From assembly GCF_006345805.1 (NCBI RefSeq), contig NC_043025.1, positions 5,084,001-5,148,000 on the forward strand: DNA of 64,000 nt. The letters run 5' to 3'. A program made the translations under genes and the position numbers. Below, in pieces: positions 24,571 through 38,793 of the stretch (positions within the stretch are counted from its first letter, which is position 1; each line of letters begins with the position of its first letter). The notes under the pieces were generated by a model that had not been told where the DNA came from, did not search any database, and saw nothing but the letters and a program-made list of their open reading frames with translations. Source of the DNA: Octopus sinensis. Its lineage: Eukaryota.

Positions 24571-26970
24571 GTGTGTGTGGCGCACACACACACACAATAT
24601 GGGCAATATTATTAAAAATTAATAAGGCTGCATCAGACTCCAGTCAGATTTGACATGGTTTTCTATGGCTTGAAGCCCTTAACACTAATTACTCCAAAGG
24701 TGCAATGAATGCTTTTATGTGCCACTGGCATGGGTGCCATTTGCGTGACACCAGTATCTGCAATTTTCCTAGGCTGCATGTGTCTTCTCAAACATGACAC
24801 AATGCCAAAAGTCTTGGTCATCACCCCCATGAAGCCCAACATTTGAAAAGATCTCAGCCTCTTTGCCTCTGTCAGGCCCAACACTCGAGAGGAACTCAGC
24901 CTCTTTGTCTCTGTCAGGCCCAACACTCGAGAGGAACTCAGCCGTGTACCTCTGTCAGGCCCAATGCTTGAGAGGAACTCAGCCTTGTACCTCTGCCAGG
25001 CCCAACACTCGAGAGGAACTCAGCCTTGTACCTCTGCCGGGCCCAACACTCGAGAGGAACTCAGCCACTTTGCCTCCATAAGGCCCCACAGTCATCATGC
25101 AACCAGCACGAGTGCACTTGGCTTGACAGGCCCTCTCAAGCACAGCATATCGCCAAAGCTCACGCTCACCAGTCATTGCCTCTGTGAGGCACAAACTTCG
25201 AAGATCATGCTTCACCACCTTGTCTCACATCTTCCTGGGTCTACTTCTAATGGCGAATAAATAATACTACCAACAAATTTTCCCACTAAACATAGAGGGG
25301 ACAAACAAGGACAGATAAACGGACTAAGTCGATTATATCGACTCCAGTGCGTAACTGGTACTTATTTAATTGACCCTGAAGGGATGAAAGGCAAAGTCGA
25401 CTTTGGCGGAATTTGAACTCACAACGTAACGCGGACGAAATACCGCTAAGCATTTCGCCCGGCGTGCTAACGTTTCTGCCAGCTCTCCACCATGGCTATA
25501 CCAATTCTGGTAATTCATCACGGATACAATAATGGTAAACATCTGTTGTCTGCTCACCTCTTTATCTTTGGCGGCCAGTTCCACCTCCAGTCGGGACTGT
25601 TTCAATACATCCACAGCCTGTTCCATGTCTGTAGCTTTCTCCATTTCTTCCACTTGATGTAAGTTCTGAGTCGCCGATGCTAGCTGCTGCCGAAGCTGTT
25701 CAACCTCACGTTCAGACGATTCTGTACGCTGTAAATATCACAACACAACACTTTCGGTGAACAAACAGTTAACGAAATGCAGTGAACACAGAGAGAGAGC
25801 ACACAGCACAATGAACAGAGAGTCAAAGAAGCCTGGTGAACAGGGAACCCAATATAGTGAACAAATATTAAACGAAACACAATGTACAAGTGTATAAATG
25901 GAGGTAAGAGAAGTGAGAACAGAACAATGAACAGACAGGAAATGAAGGGGTACAGGGTTCAATTCACATAGCTGTCTGCTGGCAACATATTTTTGTGTCT
26001 TATCAGAGCAAATACTCAATCTTCCTCTGCAAAACTATACTGTGTCCAAAATATATTTTCTTGTCTGTAAAATACACACACAAACACACATACACACACA
26101 CACATAAAGATAAATTAACTACAGAGATATTCTATCGACAATCCAATAATTTGTTTATATTACAATATTACATTAAACACTAAGAATATAATATATAACA
26201 TAATATAATATTATATAAATAATTATAAAAATCGTAAAAGACCAGCAAATTGTTTCAATTTATATATATATATATCAATAATAAAATATTAGGGAATAAA
26301 TCCAAACTTACAGGGAGAAATCAGATTTAGGATTAAATCCAATTTTATAGTATAAATATATTATATTATATTAAATTAAATTAGAGATAAAACCACTATT
26401 AGGCAAATCAAACAATGAAAAACATATATATATATATGTATATTTTTCATTTTCCTGATAAACATAATCACAGTTCCATTATATATAAATCACTTTATCT
26501 TTATAATTGATTAATAACAATATATGGTGTCCAACTGAAGGACTAGCGAATTGGATGTTTAACACAACCCTTTGAGGGATATCTTTTCCTCAGTTTGTTA
26601 TATATATATATATATAGATATCATCATCATCATCATTTAGTGTCCGATTTCCATGGCTTGGATGGTTCAACTGGGGTCTGGGAAGCCAGAGGCTGCACCA
26701 AGCCCAGTCTGATCTGGCAGTCTTTCTACAGCTGGATGCCCTTCCTAACACCAACCACTCTGTGAGTGTAGTGGGTGCTTTTTACGTGCCAGATGGGGCT
26801 GGCAAGCGGCCACGGTCGGATGGTGCTTTTTACGTGCCACTGGCACGGGGGCCAGGCGAGGCTGGCAACAGCCACGATGGTGCTTTTTACGTGCCACCGG
26901 CAAGGAGGCCAGTCGGGGCAGCGGCATATATATATACATACACAAATACATATATATATATTATATAAAC

Positions 26971-27015
<45 letters not shown>

Positions 27016-29940
27016 TCATCGTTTAACGTCTGCTTTCCATGCTAGCATGGGTTGGACGATTTTGACTGAGGGCTGGCAAACCAGATAGCTGCATCAGGCT
27101 TCAATCTTGATCTGGCAGAGTTTCTACAGCTGGATGCCCTTCCTAACGCCAACCACTCCGAGAGTGTAGTGGGTGCTTTTTATGTGCCACCGGCACGGGG
27201 GTCAGTCAGGCGGTACTGGCAATGACCTCGCTCGAATCTTTTTACACGTGCCACCAGCACAGGTGCCAATCATGAATATTGAAAAGGTTCCAAGAAGCAA
27301 TGAAAATTTTAGTAAAAACAAATAAGTAAATGAGTGGAAACTGAACCAGTGGGTGTGTTAATGGATAGGGCATTAAAACAGAATGAATTTCCTCAAACAC
27401 AATAATATATTATGTTATATTTATTGGTACAGGCATGGCTGTGTGGTAAGTAGCTTGCTTACCAACCACATGGTTCCAGGTTCAGTCCCACTGTGTGGCA
27501 CCTTGAGCAAGTGTCTTCTGCTATAGCCTTGGGCTGGTCAAAGCCTTGTGAGTGGATCTGGTAGATGGAAACTGAAAGAAGCCCGTCAAATATGTGTTTG
27601 TGTGTGTGTTTGTCCCCTTCCACTATCGCTTGACAACTAATGTTGGTGTGTTTACGTCCCCCCGTAACTTGGCGGTTCGGCAAAAGAGACCGATAGAATA
27701 AGTACAAGGCTTACAAAAAAATAAACCCTGGGGTTGATTTGTTTGACTAAAAGGCGGTGCTCCAGCATGACCACAGTCAAATTTTGACTGAAGCAAATAA
27801 AAGAATAAAAGAAAAAGAAAAGAATATATACATATATATATATATCTCCACAGTGAAGTCATGTCTAATTGCGGCACTAATTGATAAGATTAGGAAGAAG
27901 AAACTTTATCAGAGAGACTTGGACATTTCCAATGAGACTTACTTCTTTAGCACTTTGCAAATCTTTGATTACCATCTCCATTTCATTGCATCTGGAAGAA
28001 GAGGAGGAAATACAGTTAATAATACAGCAACAGCAATAATAATAATAATAATAATAACAATAATAATAGCCCTGATGCAGTACCAGGCAGTGGCTCTCAT
28101 GGCTTCTGATCTTAACTGATGGAAGTGTATCATGTACATTGTTTTGTCTGGTATAAAAGATGGGCTACAGCAAATATTCTGCTCAATACCACAGATTGCT
28201 AATGCCCTGATGCAGTACCAGGCAGTGGCTCTCATGGTTCTGATCTTAACTGATTGGAAGTGTTATCATGTACATTGTTTTGTCTTGGTATAAAAGATGG
28301 CCTACAGCAAATATTCTGCTCAATACCACAGATTTGCTAATGCCCTGATGCAGTAGTACCAGGCAGGGCTCTCATGGCTTCTGATCTTAACTGATTGGAA
28401 GTGTTATCATGTACATGTTTGGTCTTGGTATAAAAGATGGGCTACAGCAAATATTCTGCTCAATACCACAGATTTGCTAATGCCTGATGCAGTACCAGAC
28501 AGTGGCTCTCATGGCTTCTGATCTTAATGATTGGAAGTGTTATCATGTACATGTTTTGTCTTGGTATAAAAGATGGCCTACAGCAATATTCTGCTCAATA
28601 CCAAGATTTGCTTGTCAGTTGTTTGACCTTAACCAGTTGAGCATGTCCCTTAGTAGCTGACGATATGTGCATCTCTGATCATGAGCAGAAGTAGTGGGGG
28701 AGCATCATAGCCATGTGTTGAGAGGGATTCTTTGGGGTTTGAATAATTCACCTCTGGAAACATGGGTGTTTCTTTCAACATTCTTAAACAACCATTATTC
28801 AGGGACCTTTTGAGCGGGATGGGCTACTCAACCTGAAGAAAATTCTAACTGGGCCCCACCTGCAAGGTCATGTGCTGTTTATCTTGATATGAGATCACCA
28901 TGTTGTGCACATATGGTTGTGATGCATGTGCCTGGTGTACCCTTATCAGACGGGTAGTCATGATGGGTATATTGGGCTTCGTATATTTTACCCCAGTGTC
29001 ACTTTGATGGCATGAACTGCTCTCTCACTCAAAAATAATAATAATAATGACAATGATGACGTCATCGTTATTATTATTATTATTGTCATTATTATTAAAG
29101 CAGCAAGCTTGCAGAGTTGCTAGCATGCCAGGCAAAACCGCAGAACGGGGCGCCACTGCATGGTGCCAAAGATTCCAACATCACCATCAAAATACAGGTC
29201 CAGATACTGCAACAGCTTGGGTTTCAGAGGACCACAGCTCTTTAACATCTTCCCTAAATGCCTGAGAGACTTGCATGGTGTGGATGTGGGTTTCTTTAAA
29301 ACTAAACTGGATCTCTTCTTGTCGGGAGTCCCAGATGAACCTACCTCACGACAGGAGACACAGATGCGGGCAGCGGCATCGAACTCCCTTGTTGATCAAG
29401 TGCCACGTATCAGAGGTGGATTCACATATTAGTGTAGCTCATTCAGCGGTGGTGCCCCAGCATGGCCGCGGCCTTTGGGCTAAAACATTTTTAAGGATTT
29501 AAGGATATATGCATACACATGCACACACATACATATATACATACACACACATATATATACATATATACACACATTTATGCATACACACACACACACAAAT
29601 ATATATGCATTCGCACACACACACATATACATACATATATAAAAGGTAAAGAGTAAAGACCCCCTTTTGTCATGAATGGTCATGGGATTGCACGGAGAAA
29701 GTTCCCTTCCGAGGCATAAGTCCTGGCAGAGTTGATTTGTGGCAGACCTGCATTCGCGCATGCACACCAGCCTCACCTCTCCGTGCCACTGATGTTATCC
29801 AAGGGAAAGGCAAAGGGGCCGATACAGCTTGGCCTCTATGACATCGCAACTCATTTCCAAAGCTGAGTGAACTGGAACATTGTGAAAATAAAGTGTCTTG
29901 CTCAAGAACGCAACACGCAGCCCAGTCCGGGAATACATAC

Positions 29941-29998
<58 letters not shown>

Positions 29999-30017
29999 TA
30001 TATATATATTATATATA

Positions 30018-30063
<46 letters not shown>

Positions 30064-33000
30064 TCTGAGATCCCCTTTGGTCACAACACAGAGCATGGGA
30101 TTGCACCTAGAAAGTTACCCTCTCAGGCACAAGTCCAGGCAAGATTATTTATGGAAGACCAGAGGTCACCCGTGCATACCGGCCTCTCCTCTCCACACCA
30201 CTGGTGTTATCCAAGGGAAAGGCAAAGGGGCCGATACAGCTTGGCACCAGTGATGTCACAACTCTATTTCTACGGATGAGTGAACTCGAGCAACGTGAAA
30301 TAAAGTGTCTTGCTCAAGAACACAACGCGCAGCCCCGGTCCAGGAATTGAACTCACAACCTCATGATTGTGAGCCAAAGCTCTAACCACTGAGCCATGCA
30401 CCTTCACACACACACACAAACACACACATCTATATCACTGCCTTGTGTAAACACCCCTAACCCCTACATACACGTGTGTCTGCATATACATACATGTGTA
30501 CTGAGGGATGTGTATGCATACATCCGTCATTATGTAGCATGAGTGTGTTTATTTCCATGACTATAGAAATGTGTGGTTATTGCTATGACTAAGCCGAGTA
30601 TATATATGTGGATATATGTATCTATGCATGCGCCTGTGTGTGTGTGTGTGTGCATGTGTGTGTGGAGGCCCACATCCACTTGACTGAACAAAGTGACGTT
30701 ATAAATAAAAGTAGGTTGCACAATTGTTTTTTTGTTGTTGTTTTTTTTTTTTGCTTTTTTTTTTCTTTCTTTGTTTTGGGGGTAATATTGTCCAATGAGA
30801 TGACCCGATTTCTTCACTGCCCTCCCCCCCAACTCACCTCACTGCCCCACCACCAACCATTCCTCTGATTATTTTAGTAATTCTTAACAATTGAACCAAG
30901 AAAAAAAAAACACATTATATTTATTCTTAACACCACCACCACCACCACCTCTCATACCATTATTACCAACTCCACAACCACAGTCAACACCATTACCACC
31001 ACCACCACCTCCGCCGCTGCCATATTTAGATTCCAGTGATTTGGTACCTAATTCTGATAATCCTAGAAGACAGATATCCATATAATATAATATTCGTGTT
31101 TCCTGAGGTGGGTGTCATTTCCATCTCACGACTTGAAGCAGATGAGAAATAAAACTCCACCTGGAGACAATGCCAGTCTACTGCAGGCTGACGCTCTCCC
31201 CAGACAGTCCGATGCTACCCATTTTCCTCACAACTGCCCTCCTAGGTGCACTGAGATCATCATCATCATTGTTTAGCGTCCGCTTTCCATGCTAGCATGG
31301 GTTGGACGGTTCAACTGGGGTCTGGGAAGCCAGAAGGCTGCACCAGGCCCAGTCTGATCCGGCAATGTTTCTACAGCTGGATGCCCTTCCTAACGCCAAC
31401 CACTCCGTGAGTGTAGTGGGTGCTTTTTACATGCCAGACGAGGCTGGCAAACGGCCACGATCGGATGGTGCTTTTTATGTGCCACTGGCACGGAGGCCAG
31501 TTGGGGGCGGCGCTGGCAACGGCCACATTCAGATGGTTCTCTTACGTGCCACCAGCGCTGGTATCACAGCTACAATTTCCATTGATGTTGATCGATTTTG
31601 ATTCTGATTCTCACTTGCCTCAACAGGTCTTCACAAGTAGAGTTTTGTGTCCCAAGAAGGGAAGGTATGCATAAGTGGACTGGCTACATCCCAGGTAAAG
31701 GCCACGGGTTATGGTCTCACTTGTCCTGCCGGGTCTTCTCACGCACAGCAGATAAAGTAGAATATAGTCCTCCATCACAAAGACACTATGATGACAGATG
31801 AAACTTCACCTGTCAGTATTAAATGTGTGTGAAAGGATGAATCACCAGAAGATTTGGCTGAGTATTCCAGCTGTTTGATTAACAGGACTGTCAACTTCAT
31901 CATCATCGTCGTCGTCGTTGTTTAACGTCTGCTTTCCGTGCTGGCATGAGTCGGACGGTTTGACTAAGGACTGGTGAGCCAGATGGCTGCACCAGGCTCC
32001 AATCTGATCTGGCAAAGTCTCTACAGCTGGATGCCCTTCCTGATGCCAACCGCTCCAAGAGTGTAGTAGGTGCTTTTATGTGCCACCGGCACGAGGGCCG
32101 GTTAGGTGATTCTGGCAACGGCCTTGCTCAAATGGTGTTTTTTATGAGCTACCTGCACGGGAGCCAGTCCAACAGCACCGGCAACGACCATACTCGAATG
32201 TTGTTATTCACGTGCCAATAAAGTGAAGCTGGAACGATCACGCTCGAATGGTGCTCCTCATGTGCCACCAGCATGTGAGCCAATCCATGGCCCCGGTAAC
32301 AATCATGCTCGGATGTGCTTTTAACGTTCCACTGACATGAGTGTCTATCAGGCAGTACTGCTATCGGCCACGTCAGCAATTTTGATTTGTATTAATTGTA
32401 TAGTATTGTATTAATTATGGTTGAGTATCCCACAGACAGTGGAAGCAAAATGCATAGTGGTTATGGTGCTGGACTCATGATCCTAAGATTGTGGTTTCAA
32501 TCCCTGAACCGGGCAATGCATTGTGTTCTTGAGCAAAACACTTCATTCATGTTACTCCAATCCACCCAGCTTGTACAAACGAGTACCCCAGGATGGACCT
32601 GGGCCCCATCCAAGGAGGAATATATATATATGCACCAGACAAACCAGAAAATCAGCTTTTTGCCTCTTACAGAGTAATGTAGACTAACCATCCTACAGAC
32701 AAAGCTACCCTTATGCAGAACACCCTCAGGTAGGGTCAACCTGAAACGCTGTGTGACAAAGTTAGACGCACAGATCTCAAATGTAATCCAGCCGACAGGT
32801 GTCTTGTACCTATCTAACTGGTCCACCCAGAGAGACAAAGGGTCGTCACTACACATGTTGAACCGTCCAACCCATGCTAGCATGGAAAGCGGACGCTAAA
32901 CGATGATGATGATGATGATGATCTCAGTGCACCTAGGAGGGCAGTTGTGAGGAAAATGGGTAGCATCGGACTGTCTGGGGAGAGCATCAACCTGCAGTAG

Positions 33001-35438
33001 ACTGGCATTGTCTCCAGGTGGAGTTTTATTTCTCATCTGCTTCAAGTTGTGAGATGGAAATGACACCCACCTCAGGAAACACGAATATTATATTATATGA
33101 ATCTGCCAGCCTCGTCTGGCACCTGTGTCGGTGGCACATAAAAACACCATCCGAGCGGTGCCGTTCGCCAGCCTCGTCTGGCACCTGTGTCGGTGGCACA
33201 TAAAAACACCATCCGAGCGTGGCCGTTCGCCAGCCTCGTCTGGCACCTGTGTCGGTGGCACATAAAAACACCATCCGAGTGTGGCCGTTCGCCAGCCTCG
33301 TCTGGCACCTGTGTCGGTGGCACATAAAATCACCCACTACACTCTCGGAGTGGTTGGCGTTAGGAAGGGCATCCAGCTGTAGAAACAATGCCAGATCTGA
33401 CCGGCCTGGTGCAGCCTTCGGGCTCCCTAGACCCCAGTTGAACTGTCCAACCGATGCTAGCATGGAAAGCGGACGTTAAATGATGATGATGATGATGATC
33501 TGTCTTCTAGGATTATCAGAATTGGGTACCAAAGGCTGTTACCTTGAAACACTGTACATTTCTTCCCAAATCTGTCTCTGTCAAACTCTCAACTTTGACT
33601 AGTTTGAAATATTTTCAAGAGAAAGTTTACTATTCTGGTTGTGGATAAAGAAGACCGTGGGAACAAATTTGGCAATTTTTGGCAAAATATGTACCCTTTT
33701 ACCAAGTTATAACAAAAAGTTAGTGAAATATTTAAAATGTTTACCACCCACTACACTCACGGAGCGGTTGGCGTTAGGAAGGGCATCCAGCTGTAGAAAC
33801 ACTGCCAGATCAGACTGGAGCCTGGTGCAGCCTTCTGGCTTCCCAGATCCCAGTTGAACCGTCCAACCCATGCTAGCATGGAAAGTGGACGCTAAATGAT
33901 GATGATGATGATGATGATGCGCAGGAGTGGCTGTGTGGTAAGTAGCTTGCTAACCAACCACATGGTTCCGGGTTCAGTCCCGCTGCGTGGCATCTTGGGC
34001 AAGTGTCTTGTGCTATAGCCCCGGGCTGACCAATGCCTTGTGAGTGGATTTGGTAGACAGAAACTGATAGAAGCCTGTCGTATATATGTATATATATATA
34101 TGTGTGTGTGTGTTTGTGTGTCTGTGTTTGTCCCCCTAGCATTGCTTGACAACCGATGCTGGTATATTTACGTCCCCGTCACTTAGCGGTTCGGCAAAAG
34201 AGACCGATAGAATAAGTACTGGGCTTACAAAGAATAAGTCCCGGGGTCGATTTGCTCGACTAAAGGCGGTGCTCCAGCATGGGCGCAGTCAAATGACTGA
34301 AACAAGTAAAAGAGTAAAAGAGTATCTTGCCTATTGCTATGTTCAGAGTTCAAATTCTGCTGAGGTCGACTTTGTCTTTCATCTTCTTGGGGTCAATAAA
34401 TTAAGTACCAGGAAAACACTGAGGTCAATTTAATCAACTAGCCCTGTTCCTCCAAATTTGAGACCTTGTGCCTTTATGTGAATTTTTAATTATTTTCTGA
34501 GATTTTACAAAAACAACAAAAATATTTAAAAAAAATTTTTTGGCGAAGTTTCGGTTGTCGTAGCACACGTTTCCGTCGATTTCCGTAAAAAACTTTTATT
34601 TTTTTACATATGGCTTTGCGGGAATATTTGAAGTAATGAGAGCGAAAGAGACTAAAAGGAAGCGATTTTATGACGAGGGAATTTCTTTTTGAAGTCCCCG
34701 TGTGTGTGAGCCAGACAGTATGTTGTGTAAGTGAAGTGCTTCTGTTAGTGTGTTCGAAGAGACAGAGAGAGTAATGTGTGAAAGAGAGAGATAACTGAAA
34801 TTTTTTACTCGGTGTATGTGTATATGTATGTCTGCATGTATGTGTGTGTGTGTATGTATCTATGTATGTGTGTGTGTGTATGTATGTGTGTGCATGTATG
34901 TGTGTGTGTATGTATGTATGGCTGATTCAGTGTTTACATTTTTTACGGAAATCGACGGAAACGTGTGCTACGACAAACGAAACTTCGCCAATTTTTTTTC
35001 TATTGGGTGAAACTGGAAACTGTGATAATAAAGAAAGAAAGGGAAAACCCCCCCCCCCCACTTGCCAGAGACGCCGCAACACTCAGAGATTGAACACGGG
35101 AACTCATGGCTGCGAAGCAATGTTCGAAACCACACAGCCATCCCTGCGCTCATGCGTGAGTATATGGTAAAGGTGTGTATGTGTGAGTGTGTGTAAATAT
35201 ATGGTATGTGTTTGTGTGTGTGTGTGTGAATATATGTTATGTGTGTGTGTGTGTGTGTGTGAATATATGTTATGTGTGTGTGTGTGAATATATGTTATGT
35301 GTGTGTGTGTGAATATATGTTATGTGTGTGTGTGAATATATGTTATGTGTGTGTGTGTGTGTGTGTGTGTGAATATATGTTATGTGTGTGTGTGTGTGAA
35401 TATATGTTATGTGTGTGTGTGTGTGTGAATATATGTTA

Positions 35439-35469
<31 letters not shown>

Positions 35470-35823
35470 ATATGTTATGTGTGTGTGTGTGTGTGTGTGA
35501 ATATATGTTGTGTGTGTGTGTGTGTGAATATATGTTGTGTGTGTGTGTGTGTGAATATATGTTATGTGTGTGTGTGTGTGTGAATATATGTTGTGTGTGT
35601 GTGTGTGTGTGAATTATGTGTATGTGTGTGTGTGTGTGTGTGAATATATGTTTGTGTGTTGTGTGTGTGAATATATGTTATGTGTGTGTGGTGTGTGGAA
35701 TATATGTTATGTGTGTGTGTGTGTGTGAATATATGTTGTGTGTGTGTGTGTGTGAATATATGTTATGTGTGTGTGTGTGTGTGAATATATGTTATGTGTG
35801 TGTGTGTGTGTGAATATATGTTA

Positions 35824-35854
<31 letters not shown>

Positions 35855-36172
35855 ATATGTTATGTGTGTGTGTGTGTGTGTGTGAATATATGTTGTGTGT
35901 GTGTGTGTGTGAATATATGTTATGTGTGTGTGTGTGTGTGTGAATATATGTTATGTGTGTGTGTGTGTGTGTGAATATATGTTATGTGTGTGTGTGTATC
36001 AATATAGAGTAAATATATACGTGTGTGTGTGTATGTGTGTATGTATGAAAATATGGTAAATATGTACTGAGTGACTAGTTTGCCATAGTTCCTGAATTTA
36101 AGGAATTATTTTAGACATACACACATATATACCACACAGAAACACACACACTTATATACACACCAAACCAAA

Positions 36173-36212
<40 letters not shown>

Positions 36213-36214
36213 TC

Positions 36215-36265
<51 letters not shown>

Positions 36266-36469
36266 ATATACACACATGTATACTATGTGTGTCTACATAT
36301 ATATATATATATACACATATGTGTTGTATGAATAAATAAGTGTAGATGTATGTATAGATGTGTATAGATATATATGTATAAATATGTATATATATATGTG
36401 TGTGTGTGTACATATATATGTATGTATGTATGTGTGTATATATATGTGTGTGTGTGTACATATATATGT

Positions 36470-36505
<36 letters not shown>

Positions 36506-36638
36506 GTTCTACATCAAATAATGTTCATTCACTGTAAAACCATATAAGCGAAACACTCACATCTTTACTATAAACACACACACACATACATACACATGCA
36601 CACATACACACACACACACACACACATACATACACATG

Positions 36639-36672
<34 letters not shown>

Positions 36673-36742
36673 GGAGGTCAGTATTTCTGAATAAGAACTG
36701 ACTCAAACAGTGACAGTCCACGACAGCATGTTAAAATATTAT

Positions 36743-36785
<43 letters not shown>

Positions 36786-38280
36786 TAAATGTATGTATGT
36801 ATGTGTGTGTGTATGTATATATTTTGGAATCTCAAACAATCACCTGTGTGCCCACCCATCCAAGTTAATTTGTATTTTAAAACAAAGAAATGAATTTTTT
36901 TTTTAATCTAAAGTACCCCCAAAATAGCCGCTGGTTACCTCTGACCTGGCGCCAATGCTTCACAGAGACCAGTTGAAGTGGATAACCTACATTAAAACAG
37001 CAACAACAACACTATCTAACACACATCTAGACAACAGGGGAGCTTCTACATGGTTCTCCAAAATGCTAGAAATAGCAGCTATGTGACCAGAAATGAAGCA
37101 TTTTTTCACTAACAGAAGGACATGTCAGACAACATCATTTTACAATGTGCTCAGCTGACATTAGTTGGACTAGGATCATCATCCTGAATTGTTGCTCCAC
37201 CGAGTTGATCTAAGTCCTGCCGTGTGGCATCTTGGGGAATTCTCTTCTATTGTAGCTTCAGGTTGACCAAAGCCTTGCGAGTGGATTTGGTAGACGGAAA
37301 CTGAAAGAGGCCCCTTGCAATTTTCTGCTTCGGGACCCCATCCCTTCAATCAAAATTCATAATCTAGGCACCCTTTATTCCTAGCTGTATTTTACTTTAT
37401 TCTATCTGAAGTTCAATATTTCTCATTATCCTACTCTCTCTTTTTTTACTCTTTCTAGTTGTTTCAGTCATTTTGACTGCGGCCATGCTGGAGCACCGCC
37501 TTTAGTCGAGCAACTCGACCCCGGGACTTATTCTTTGTAAGCCCAGTACTTATTCTATCGGTATCTTACGCCAAACCGCTAAGTGATGAGGACATAAACA
37601 CACCAGCATCGGTTGTCAAGCAATGCTAGCGGGACAAACACAGACACACAAACACACACACATATATATATATACATATATACGAAGGGCTTCTTTCAGT
37701 TTCCGTCTACCAAATCCACTCACAAGGCTTTGGTCGGCCCGAGGCTACAGCAGAAGACACTTGCCCAAGGTGCCACGCAGTGGGACTGAACCCGGAACCA
37801 TGTGGTTGGTAAGCAAGCTACTTACCACACAGCCACTCCGGCGCCTATGAAGTACAAGTTAAGAATTTATTTAGGTCTATTACAAACAGTTTTATTCTTG
37901 TTCAACATCTTAACCAAAGTAAATCGATGATTCATCGACGTACTTTGACCTTAACATGGGGACCCTCAACTGCGGAGGCCCCCTGTGATCGCAGGGGTTG
38001 AAGGGGCTTAGCAACGGGCCCTGCCTGTCACATATATAAATATATATATAATATATATTTAATATATATTCTGCTGAGGATCATAAGACGTAAGTTGAAT
38101 GTGAAATCACGGTGATACAGAACTAAATTCATTTTTTAAATGTCTTGCTTTGAAAAACTGCATTTAGGTATGATTAGTATAATTTTGGTAGTAATGACTT
38201 TGTCCCTCTTAGTGTGAGGCATTTATGTGTAATAATGCCCTCTATACAATATATAATATATAATATATATAGTATATATA

Positions 38281-38326
<46 letters not shown>

Positions 38327-38517
38327 TATATATATAGTTATATATATATATAATATATATATAAATATATATAATATATCTATCTATCTATCTATCTAGA
38401 ATGGAAGAAAGCGCTAATGATCTAAGTGATATGATATATATATACAAAAAATGTAATATATAATATAAATATATCTGTAAATATAAACCATCCGATCTCT
38501 GATTATTACCTCATTTC

Positions 38518-38548
<31 letters not shown>

Positions 38549-38757
38549 CTATAATATATATATATATGTATGTATGTATATATATATATGACACACACAC
38601 ACACATGTACATACATACACACAAGGGGGTGCTGAAAAGTTTTTGGACAAAGAATTCGTTGTTTAAGTTCAAATCATTTGAGAACCTCTACACAATTTCT
38701 TTACTGAACATTTCTACTTCTAAACTAATGTGTATGTGTGTGCATACACACATACAT

Positions 38758-38793
<36 letters not shown>

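Larger units (their letters stand above)
31040..33533. repeat. inverted duplication: 31040-31315 versus 32857-33533 (right arm interrupted by an RTE insertion at 33106-33497)
   Basis: About 215 bp of otherwise unique sequence plus an RTE tail recur reverse-complemented with few substitutions. Confidence 0.9.

Noticed and set aside
26540-26570. tccaa-ctgaagga-ctagc-gaa-ttgga as another hammerhead
   Set aside because: The core does not fit CUGANGA/GAAA and there is no stem II or III.
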